DNA of 34,947 nucleotides from Perkinsus olseni (Eukaryota): NCBI GenBank assembly GCA_013115125.1, contig JABANN010000365.1, positions 1 to 34,947 of the forward strand, read 5' to 3'. Shown piece by piece: positions 1 to 12,674 of this stretch (position 1 is its first letter; each line of letters starts with the position of its first letter). The notes under the pieces were generated by a model. It saw only the letters and a program-made list of their open reading frames with translations, ran no database searches and was not told where the DNA came from. The position numbers and the translations under genes were made by a program.

Positions 1-355
1 TACAGTATTGGGGGGCGAATTTAGGGCGAGCGAGATCAGCCTGTCGTACAGTATTGGGGTCGTACAAAATTGGTGGATTCGACACGATATCTTCAGCGGT
101 GTCACAACCTGACCTGTTTTGTATCTTACGGGCTCAACCTCAAGATGATCGATGTCGGCCGTGGGGTTCGAACCCGGGCGTGAGACGATTGCATGAAATA
201 CTTTTCGTGCATTTAGGCTAATTGTGATAGCCGTCGCTCCTCGTTCATCCGTTGTTTTGCTTCCTTCGAGTCACGTTCCCCCCGTTACCTACCGTCATCA
301 CGCCATATTCCTCCGTTTTCGGTACCGTTGGCCTTCCCTTGGCGGTAGTTGCTAG

Positions 356-2536
<2,181 letters not shown>

Positions 2537-2876
2537 GCGGGTTTTTTATTGGCGACTCGTCTTTCCTTGGTTGCTGGTGCGCTGATGGTGGTAGCCTGTA
2601 AAAAAATGAAAATATGTTTTTTTCTCTTCTCTATCTGAGAGTGGTAGTAACAGTATAACGATTGTCGTAGGAGAAGTTGATGATGCTAGTGGAAGTCAGC
2701 TGACGTTGATGGCAAGAGAGCTTTGATGACAGCACGGCGCAGTGCTATTGCTATTATTACAACTACTTCTACTACTACCACTGATTATGTTGGTTATGAT
2801 GAATCTACGTTTCCATTAGAACAGGCAAAAGCTATAGTTGACCATAATGCGCTGAGTGTTGTGTTCATGTTCGTTA

Positions 2877-3678
2877 ATGCCTTCCTCGTGTAAAGAGGAA
2901 GGCGGCTGGATGGGACTCTTGGGTCGTTCGAGTGACTTTGAGTTCGCCGCGCTACCTTGAAAGGGGTTATTTGGGCGACGGTGGTTATATTTGTGGGGAG
3001 GGTCTACGTCTATGATCGTCTCTGGTGCGATGTCCCTTGTGAGTAGAGTCAGATAGATCTGAGGTTGCTCGTGCAGGCTTCGGTTGAATTGAGTTGGAGA
3101 TTCTGTGGCTATACGCCTGAGGGGCTCCACCCAATGTTGTCGGTAGCTTCGGAAATTTCGACGTACCGTGGGCGGTGAGGTGTTGACCAGCGGAATGGGT
3201 ACTGAGTGAGGGACGGGTTTAGGCCAACGATCTGGAGTTGAACTCGGCCGCCTCGGATGATGATAATATTGCCGATGTTAATGGCTCGTCTGGGGAGCAG
3301 GAATCATTTCCGTAGTTCGTAGACCGAGTGAACTGGTGTCTTCGTAAACTGCGATGTTCGTCATAACCTTTTTGACGTAGGTTGCGGCGGGCGGTGTGGC
3401 GTTTATCTACCCCATCCTCAAGCTTTCGTAAACGTCGTTCTATCGAAAGTTTTTTTCAAAATATTCATTCAAATTTTTCATATTATTTCTTGTACAGTCA
3501 TAGTTTTGTAATTTTAAGAATTCGAGTTTTTTCTAGTTTTCGTAGGGTAAACGAGCTTTTCACGGCGGTTTATGGTTTATTTACGGGCGATTGGTTGGAG
3601 GGCCCTTCCGTTATCCGCAGGTCCTCGTTTTTCCTCCCCATGCCGGATTTTTCGTTTCACGCGGAAAAATTTTTCTGA
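2877..3678 (+). CDS. Possible intron-containing hypothetical gene, boundaries uncertain
   Basis: Candidate GTGAG...CAG/TAG short introns and open segments (ASVELSWRFCGY..., ANDLELNSAASDDD..., LRRAVWRLS...); no recognisable domain. Confidence 0.3.
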
Positions 3679-3718
3679 TTAATTTGGTGAGATCAGTTGG
3701 CGGTAATTTTGTTTGACG

Positions 3719-5917
3719 ATGCTGCTTACCGCGGCACCATCGTGGCGGCTACGAGCAGTTGCGCACAGCAGAGGTTTCTGGAAGATACCTTTCTGGAGCA
3801 AGGCCGCGGACGTCCCTCGAGGCGGGGATGGGGAGCTGATGCGTAGAAGGGGGTTCTCGGCGGGTTGTGGGTGCAGCGAAAATTTCGCGAAAATTTCCGG
3901 GAAGCGTTATGTGCGTAATTTCGCGCTTCACTTGTATGGGAATTTTTCGGTGGATTGTTGATGTACGGACGAAGGTTTATTGGAAATAGACGGGAAATAC
4001 TCGTAGATCGGACAAACGTAGGCGACAATCGCCGTACGCTGTGCACGTGAAAAATGTCAACTTGCGCTCTTAGTCAAGTTGGGTAGCAGGTGGCGCCGCT
4101 GTATTGGTGATTTGGGTGCTCGCGAAATTTGGATGGTGGATCATCGAGCTAAAATGAACGATTTTTCGGAAGGGCTTATGCGTCAATAGTGTCCCGGGAT
4201 GGTCTCTTCTGACCGCACATTAGTTTCGAGCATTCAGTCTATTTGGGAGTGGTTGGATTGGTTGGAAAATAATTTCAGCTCTGGGAACTTGCACTCTTGC
4301 TATTCCTCAACGCTCCTTCAGGTGGTCGGGACTTGATACGAGCAGTGGGCACAGGTTTCTGCAAAAGTCGTCCGAGATCTCGTCCAGGGTTCACACAACG
4401 CGTCTTCTACAACCACATCGCTTTCTCGTACCTGGCCCAGCTCTGCCCGGATTATTTTACCACTTTTGATGGCACCATGGGGGACATTTGCAACGGCTCC
4501 CAGATCGCGTTGAAGTATCTTTCGGAGAAGGTGACCGATGACGACCTCAACGCCCTCAACCAGCGTCTGGAAGATTCCTTTTATGAGCATCTTTCGGAGG
4601 CTGTGACAGAATACAGACCGGCTTGGGAGATCGAGTGGCCGGATGTTGTAGCGGAGTTGGACCAACTTATAATCATCATGGGTGCTACACGTGGCGGGAC
4701 GATCAGGCCGGGACAGGTAGTGCTAGGGTAGAAGGCATCGCATTGGTTGCTAACTCGCGCGCACGATTATGCGGGTGTGTGGTAGGGACCGTTCGGTGTT
4801 TTTGAATGTGCCTTCGGTTGAAAAGTTTGAAGGAAATTTCCCGTTCTAAAACGGCGAAAAAAGGCGAAAATTTTCGTAAAATGTTGGAGATTGTTGGAGG
4901 ACGATAAATGGGAGTTGGTGGTAGTTGGTGTATCCGCATGCTTTCGTGCGCTCACAATTGCGGATGCTGAAAATTCTGTCAATCGGGATGTTTCGTTATT
5001 GAATTTCCATCTGTCGAATGGAGATCCTGGCTGGTATCTGAAGAATTTTACGCCCTGAGTGGCTCATCTGGTTCGAAACGACTGAGTCCAAAATCTGATC
5101 AGATATTTAGTATTGGTGGTCAGCAGTTGGTGATGCACACCGAGGAGGCTGCCCAGATGAATTTAAGTAACCCGAAGAAGTGGTCCAAGGCGGCCGGGCT
5201 GCTACGATCGGGCGGGCTGGTGAATGCTGATGTGAGGATAAGGTGTAAACAGAAGTTTTGGATACCGGCAGAGGAAGAGGTAGCAAGCCGGTAGTGTCTA
5301 ATATCGTGCGAAGATGCTGGTGATGTCTGGTGGCGTTGATGATGTCTCCAATTTTGCAGCGGGTGGCCAAACACCTTGAGTCTTGAGGAGGCTTTCGCCG
5401 ATCGTCAGTGCGTCGAGCTTCGCCGTACTCGCCGTCGGCGAGTCGCCGAGACCGTATATTTTGCGTTGGTGGCGATTTCTCGGCTGAACGGTTTGAATCT
5501 GTCACTCGTCCCCCAGATTGAAGTTAGAGGGTTATGGGCGGGCTGCATGCAACGCGGGGTCTCTGGTTGGGAATTATTTACCCACTTTTATGGGACGATT
5601 ATGTTGTCAGAAACCGGAGAAGTTCGAGCCTACTACGCACATATTTCGTATAGAGATGGACCTCATCCCCCACTCGGAGGCGATGTCTGATTACAGACCG
5701 ACCAGTAGCATGAATCGGGATATGTCTTGGTAAAAATACCGTCCCCGGGGATCGAACCTGCGCCCTTCTGTTCTCATCTCAACAGTGCGGTGGCTGGGCG
5801 GGCGCTGAGTGCGAGTATCTTTCTCGTGACCGTTTCAGTGGCGTATCGTACGAGCCGACCCAATGGAAGATCGTCGATATTAACGATGTGTTTGGCGGGA
5901 ACCCTCCGATGAAGTAA
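3719..5917 (+). CDS. Probable mitochondrion-targeted protein with a Tim44-like (Tim44/Mba1/MAIP1-type) domain; multi-exon
   Basis: N-terminus MLLTAAPSWRLRAVAHSRGFW is basic/hydroxylated like a presequence. The helical segment GSQIALKYLSEKVTDDDLNALNQRLEDSFYEHLSEAV, strands VNADVRIRCKQKF and THIFRIEM, and C-terminus WKIVDINDVFGGNPPMK* resemble Tim44-like domains. The junction 4727/5111 is in frame. Family assignment is by eye. Confidence 0.55.
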
Positions 5918-6130
5918 TTTCTCAGTGAGTGTGGCTGCCAGTCTTTCGGTCAGGTTCGACGAGAAGAGCCCTGAGATCGACGAGGAGCATTGGAAGGGTG
6001 ACACTTTTCATACAGGGTTCCCCTCCAAAAAATGAACTAGCAGTTGGTGACGTTTCATGTTAGCAATTAAATGTGTGGAGTTATTGTCAGCTCGAATTAC
6101 GGTTTTTCTATTAGAATTTCTTTCCCATCC

Positions 6131-7873
6131 ATGCCGAGCGTTGAAGGTCAGCAGCAGCAGCAGCAACAGCAGCAGGCGGGTGAGGCTGACGTCGAAGTCG
6201 ACTGGCGTTCCAAGTCCACTCTGGGGGCTGCTAAGAAGCCTACCATCATCCCCAAGTGCAACCCTTGCCATCCCGGGGCATGCACACGGTCCGGTCCTCA
6301 ATGGGTGAAGGGTGATGGCGAGAAGGGCGAGGATTGGTATAAGAACAACATCCGCAAGTTCATCTGGGAGTTCTCTCCCGACGCTGCTGACCCGTCCGAC
6401 AAGGAGCTCAGCAGCTTGGTGGACTGCATGAAGCAGGGCAAAGCGTGCCAGTTCTCGAAGACTATGTTGAAGATCACTCAGAACACCATCGAGAAGCGCG
6501 TGGCCGAGCGCGCTAAGCAGGGTGATCCGAAGGCCGACTACTTCAAGGTTTATGCCATCCATGAGCGCTTCGACCGCTACGGTTTGCAGATGCCGGAGAG
6601 TGACGGTTCTCGTCCGCAGATGAGCCTGGGTGATAAGGCCGTCCAAATGTTCAAGCGTAATTTGGTCTTCGGTCGGATGCTGCTGAAGAAGCCTCATGTG
6701 GCGACCTTCTCGGGTGAGCTGCTGTTTCAGAGGAAGGCGCTCGTGTACGGCCAGAACGAGAAGACTCCCAATTATGTTGGTATCAGATCGGCCGAGGAGC
6801 TTCGAGGTCAGGTAGAGTCTATCACGGCTACTAGCAACGGCGCCAACTTCCAGTTTTTGGACAGCAAGTTCCGCGAGAAGGTGGTGGAAAGGATCGCCAG
6901 TATCGACTGGGAGCAGACCACTATCGATGTGTACATGCCGGTGCCGTTCCCCGATGGGACTGTTTACAGACCGGCGATGAACTCGGTTTGGGTGGTGAGA
7001 AAGAAGGAGAACGACGAGCTGCTGTTTTACGTTCTTCACTCGGCGTCGGCTGCTGGCGTGCCGAAGGCGAAATTCCTCGGCATCAACTGGGATGAGAAGA
7101 CGGTTGGGAAGGCCGGCCAGAAGTTCACCAGTTTGTCGAACGCTGAGAACGTCTACACGATGTCGGCTACGCAGAAGCCGCTGACGCTCACGTTGGAATC
7201 ATATTATTTCAACCGCTGTGCTGATGGCGACAAGCCGTACTTGACGATTACTTGCATCTTCGATCCGTGCACTAAGAAGACCTACGATGAGGAGTACGGC
7301 TGTCACGATGGGCATCTTGCCTTGCTCGAAATGAGCTTGTTGAAAGGTGAAGAGGTTGAGGTGGGGTTTTTGTGATATTAATGTGTATTTTCAGGTGCAT
7401 TGATGTTCGCGCTGACTGAGAATTACTTCCCAGATGAGAGAACGGCTGCGATATTTAGACAGGTTAATATATCCGAGCGCAAGGGTTTGATGCAAGACCT
7501 GCAGGTGTGCCTTCGGGAGGGGTTTTTGCGTTTCCGTGAGAAGTTTTGGTTTCTATTTTTGAGTCGTGGATCCTGGTTGGTTGGTTTCGGTCAGGACGAG
7601 ATCCTCGGTGCTACTGTGAATCTGTTTGGGGATTATCAGAACTTCCACGGTGCCTGTTGGGTGGTGCCTCCGAATCAGCTGCTGAATGTGAAGGGCTCTG
7701 GGAAGGAAGAGGTCGTGAGGAAGGCGAAGGATGAGGTGGAGGCTGCCGCTAAGGAGAAGAGGTTGAGGCATCGGGAGCAGGTAGGGGTCAGTCAAAGTGC
7801 TCAGTTTCGGCGTGATGTGACGACTGCTTAGCTGGAAGCCCTTCACAAAGATCTCGATGGAGAAAATGCGTAA
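6131..7873 (+). CDS. Hypothetical protein (~520 aa), polyQ near N-terminus, long first exon 6131-7346 plus three short exons
   Basis: 434-aa ORF with strong GC3 codon bias and an antisense shadow ORF. GT-AG introns starting at 7347, ~7505 and ~7781 join in frame to ...LEALHKDLDGENA*. Confidence 0.85.
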
Positions 7874-8809
7874 GATATTGCAGAGAGTGATACGGAGAAG
7901 TTGTCAACATGTTGCCGCTCGAAGGGCGGACTTCATGAGAGTTTAAATAATGCACAATCAGTTGCGTTGGAGATGATGGATCATGATTCAACTATCTCTC
8001 TCGCAGCATCTTCTGTCCGACACTAATGCTCTGCTGGGTCGAGTGTGATGGTGGAGCTGACGAGGCTCTGAGAAACTCCTTGTGGTATGGCTCATGTAGC
8101 CCCTGAATCGAACGATGGACCGTTCATTACAGAAGCTTAGAACTGCCAGCTTAGTTGATGTCGTTAGGCAGCCAGAGCGTCTTCCGTGATCAATCTGAGC
8201 GTCCAGTCATCCCTTAAAGAGGTGTACAGCTGTCAACAGCGCCATCCACAGTTGTAACACCTGCAGGGTGAACACAATCCTAGAACTTTTCGACCGAAGT
8301 AGTAATGAACACCTTGATGGAAACTCGATTTGTTCGCCAAGGGTTCGAATTCCGCGAAATTAACTGCAAACGCGAAGGATAGGTAATATCGTTACAGTTC
8401 ATTGCCTTCGCGTGCCAAACTTCGACTCGAACACAAGACACCACAGGATTGGGCTATCATTTTGACTCAGCGGCTCGATTAAGCAGATATACAGCAATAT
8501 CCATATACAACCGCCGACCAAGCACGACAGGGCACTATGCCGATATACAGCAATGAATCGGACGCTGAACGTTCCAGCGTCTGATTCATTGATTGAGTTC
8601 AGCCTGAACCTGCCCCGTACAAAGAAAGAAAAAATTCGGTGTGTCGGGCACACTCGCCACAGTAACTGGTCTGAGCGTCGCAGCTTGCGTGGAACTAATT
8701 GTCAGACCGCACGCAAGAGTCCTGCATTGGGCTGACACTTGCGGTTAGCTAAGACCGACAGAGTTGTGTGCCAAAAACAATAAAGGAGACGAGCAAGGTG
8801 AGGTAACGA

Positions 8810-8858
8810 CTCTGGCTCGAACTGTACTCCCAACCTGGGGGTACAGTTCGAGCCGGAG
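8810..8858. repeat. Inverted repeat / hairpin (~23-bp stem, 3-nt loop)
   Basis: CTCTGGCTCGAACTGTACTCCCA-ACC-TGGGGGTACAGTTCGAGCCGGAG; the only non-Watson-Crick pairs on the + strand are G-T. Confidence 0.85.
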
Positions 8859-9081
8859 CCAAGCACACGTGCTTTCCAATTCTTCACTGTTGCGTGTGGA
8901 CGATTTATGTGCGCTTCTGTTATGTGCGCCATTCGCTCTTTCTCCCGTTCGATACAGTATGTTCGCCTAACCTCACAAACACAACAGGGCTTCGAGTCCA
9001 CGAGCTAATGTGGTGCAGCTAATTTCAGCGGGTCAATTGATAATTGCAATACTGTCGCTGGCTGTAAACATGTGTCACACA

Positions 9082-9111
9082 TGGTAGGAGCTAATTTAGT
9101 AGCTCCTACCA
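9082..9111. repeat. Perfect 12-bp inverted repeat
   Basis: TGGTAGGAGCTA-ATTTAG-TAGCTCCTACCA. Confidence 0.8.
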
Positions 9112-9257
9112 GCTCCGAGCTACAGCTAAATATTAGCATCGACTCATCATGTTTCAGGGTAGGAAGCTACTGTATTTAGCTGCTCTTAATCCTCATTTCT
9201 AAGGAGATCGTAAGGAAATCCCTCCGTGACTTATTCTTGCTATACACACTACTACTG

Positions 9258-9281
9258 CAACAACAACAACAACAACAACAA
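9258..9281. repeat. (CAA)8 microsatellite
   Basis: Direct reading; lies just downstream of the - strand gene ending at 9314. Confidence 0.95.
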
Positions 9282-9313
9282 CACATCCACGTAATGTTAC
9301 ACCACGATACCCT

Positions 9314-10384
9314 TCACAGCATGTTTCCGTCCTTCGCCTCCTTCAACGCATGCAGGGCTGATTTTGCCGCGGACGCCCCCTGAACGCCAGCCTGCGCACC
9401 CTGAAGTTGATAACCGTAACACCGCCGACCAGCCACAGTTGACCGACAGCCTCAGCCATAACTTTAGCCACCTTCGGGTGACTTATCAACCCCGCTGCTT
9501 TGGACATGTGAGTGGCTGCTCGGAGGAACTCATCGTGGCTTTCACTCAACTAAAACTGTAAAATTGACGAGAAGAAAATCGCTGATAGCCTACATAGTCG
9601 TTGGCCGTGGAAGCGAACCCGCAACAACCCGCTGATTTCACCGGCACCGCCCACTCAAAGAAATCCGTGTGCACCTGAGATTGAGTTGATGATGATCGGG
9701 AGATGGATGACGGGGGAGACGAGCTGACCTGCCGGGCAGCCGTCCCTAGTGACGACAGAAGCTGGTCATTCATAGAGTGCACAGAACTGATCGGAAAAAT
9801 GGAAAACCTCCTCAACAGCTAGATGAAACTCCGATGGGAAGAATGATAAACTACATCCATGATTCACTCGGCAACATTATTATAACAACGAACGTCGCGC
9901 AATCAATAACAGTGACAAGAGGATTTCCGAATGAACGACAAAGATTTGATTATCAAATCTTGAAAGGTTTGTAGAGAGCCATCACCTCGACACATCCAGT
10001 AGCTCATCTGGTCTGTCGCAAAATCACGCTGTCAGTAAGACTGTTCAGATGAAAGGCGTGTAGTTCGCCGCGAGTGGGCTAGTGTGATCTGCATGCGATT
10101 TTCTGACGGCACAAGAAGGCAATCGTCACCAGAGAAACCCGAACGAGTGCTCGCAAAAGCACAGCTCAGTCATCTCCATTGTGTATTAACTACTCAAAAC
10201 TACCAACAAGAGCAAATGTGGAGAATAAAAATGAAAACATCTTCTCAACGTTGGCCTGTCGGTGTGACGAGAGGTCGCTGCTGCAGGCGGGGAATGGAGA
10301 CTCCCGATGGAAGAGGACGACCGCGGGCTGAAAGAGAGATCTCCAACGTGAGCGCCACCTCTCTGATGAGGCTGTAGTGTTCAT
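9314..10384 (-). CDS. Hypothetical multi-exon protein
   Basis: Open segments LLSSLGTAARQ|VHTDFFEWAVPVKSAGCCGF, ESHDEFLRAATHMSKAAGLISHPKVAKVMAEA and terminal GAQAGVQGASAAKSALHALKEAKDGNML*, flanked by plausible splice signals; start uncertain. Confidence 0.45.
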
Positions 10385-10562
10385 GCATAATGAAACTCGT
10401 ATCTTAGTGTGAGCTAATAGAGGGAGATGGTGACGAAAACTTTGTGAAAGTTGTTTGCGAAGTTCCCTTTACTATCCCGAGTAGCTCTCCTAGAATTGGA
10501 AAAAGCCAATCGGATATGATCCATGAAATTATTGGATGAGGTAATTCAGGATCATTTCTAGT

Positions 10563-12568
10563 CTAAGTGTCTCCGATAACTCCGTGTGAGTTGTGGTGAT
10601 CAGCAATGATAACATGCGCCCCATCCTCACCTTTGGTGATGTCCCAGACCCGCACTTGACGGTCCCACCCGACCGAAGCCGCGAGACTGAGGAAACAGCA
10701 GAGTGATGGCTATCGACAGATTCCGAGGCTACTTTGATGTGAACAGGGACAGGTCAACGCCATAAACAAACTCCGAATGATGGTCGAATCTGTCCACCAG
10801 ATGCCCCGGGGCGGAGGTGGCTTCGAGGTCCCAAACGATCACAGCCATATCACTAAAAAAGGCGGAGCGAAGCTCGTCAACAATGACACCAATGAAGAGC
10901 CTTACTAGCCGCCGCTGATGACCATCCGAGAATTGTGAGGGTGACATCTCACTCGCCGTACTGCAAGCTCGTGGCCGGCCATGGTCACCTGAAACGGACA
11001 TCTTAGCTTGCAGCGCGAGTCAAACAAAAATGGTTGGAGTTGGGAGGAATCTTCTAATCCTATATACTCCTAGTATCATACCGTATGGGTAATGGATACA
11101 TCGTGAGCACTGAGGTGGCCGGTGCAATCGCCGTCCCTCCAACCTACAAGCGGCGCCGATGGATTGCGTAGATCCCAACTCCGAACGACTCGATCAACGC
11201 CAGCGGTGACGATCACACCATCAGCATATTTATGCCAATCGCAGGAGAGGATCTCCCCGTCATGGGCGTGGGGGATAACAACGGCAGGGGGTGTTTGGTT
11301 CTGAACAACAAGCAAGGATGAGCGAGCAAGGCATGCCCGACAAATGGGAGTGCGCTCGCGTGTGATTCAAACTCAAAGATACTTCTCCAGCGGTGGTTCA
11401 GATGACTAAGTTTATTGTTTCTCACATCAAGCTTTAATCTTATCAAAAATAATGATGAAGGTTCTTGATGATTCAGTGATACTATCAGCGAGCAACGAGC
11501 ACGAGTATAGCTTGAAGCTATTAGCTTCCAGCATAGTCTCAGCATTCACGAAAGGGTGATAAACGGAGTTCGAACCACCTCCGCCACGTTGAACGAATCT
11601 TAGTTTGACCAATGCCCCCTCCACGATGGATGACCAAGAGGAAAAACTCACCCCGGCCTTGATGTCATGCACACAAATCTTGGCGTCCCCACCGACGGTC
11701 GCAAGCCAACTGGCATTCCGCGGCGACCAGGAGCAGGCATAGATCACGCCTGCATGCCGACCTTCCAATCGGAGGCCTACCGAGCCCTGAGATGCAGCGT
11801 ATACACCGTCAGGGTTCCAATTGAGATAAGTCGCCCCCGGCCACCTCTGCGGTGATCTCTGTCACCCACCACAGAATAATGCGAAAAAAAACGCTCGCAG
11901 TCTTCCTTCTTGAGTCTCTACCAAATCAATCGCATTGAACGGTACTCACCTTCGGAAGGTCCCACACGTTGATCACTCTGTCCCACCCGACGGACCCCAG
12001 TAATGTAGGAACCATCGCATTGCATTCGATCCATGCCATCTGAGTCAGGAGTGGCCGCGGCCACAGCAAAAGGCATCCCCTCACCTCCGCTGTGTGACCG
12101 ACAAGATTCGCTATCGGCAGGTTGCCACTCGGTGACGTTATGTCGAACACTTTGATACTGCCGTCGCCGGTGCCAGCGAAAACCTGCGTAAACAGCTCCG
12201 AATATCAATGAACGTTCGACGGGTACGGAGTAAATAACCCACTTACAATATTATCGTTGTCTTCGGCCCACGCTAGGTCAAAGCATCCATCCTTCGTGAG
12301 GTACTCTCGGAAGTGCGCCGGGCGAGAGATGTCCAACACTACCAACTGAAGAGACCAATGAATATTGCCAATATGCGAACATATGAGAATGGCAATTTAC
12401 TGGAGCCAACTGGTAGTAGACTAAAAAAGTACTTCCCTCTCGGCTCACCTTGCCGTTCCCAACTATACCGTAATACTGTGCTGTAGCGACGCCGAGAAGG
12501 GTTGAATTAAAAGGTGAAAATTGACAGGAGTAGCCGGCAAAGTGTGTCGTGGTATGTAACGCCGACAT
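10563..12568 (-). CDS. PEX7: Peroxisomal targeting signal 2 receptor (WD40 peroxin 7), multi-exon; 3' end approximate
   Basis: Diagnostic N-terminus FAGYSCQFSPFNSTLLGVATAQYYGIVGNGK; WD repeats HTAEV, HAGVIYACSWSP, HAHDGEILSCDWHKY, HHSEFVYGVDLS, SVGWDRQVRVWD. Confidence 0.9.
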
Positions 12569-12674
12569 AGCGGGAACGAATTCAAAAAAATCTGATGACA
12601 GGTCCTGAGGGAAAACTCGGCCCGAGAGGGACGTCCTGTCCATGAACTCGGGGCGTTCAGGAACAGAGGAGACC

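Noticed and set aside
1-73. Short repeats of TACAGTATTGGGG as a CRISPR-like array
   Set aside because: Only 2-3 imperfect copies, truncated by the window edge, in a eukaryotic context.
4786-5058. Alternative 3' exons (…DPGWYLKNFTP*) for the 3719 gene
   Set aside because: Splicing 4727 to 5111 gives a better domain-like continuation ending WKIVDIND; treated as intron.
5762-5776. 15-mer GCCCTTCTGTTCTCA shared with 15329-15343, each near a T-arm relic
   Set aside because: The second copy is in predicted coding sequence and at different spacing; likely chance.
6008-7039. 343-aa antisense ORF
   Set aside because: Shadow of the 6131-7346 exon.
12569-12674. Possible PRP18-PEX7 fusion via the upstream in-frame extension of the PEX7 ORF
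   Set aside because: Both proteins are complete at their normal termini; there is no evidence beyond an open frame.
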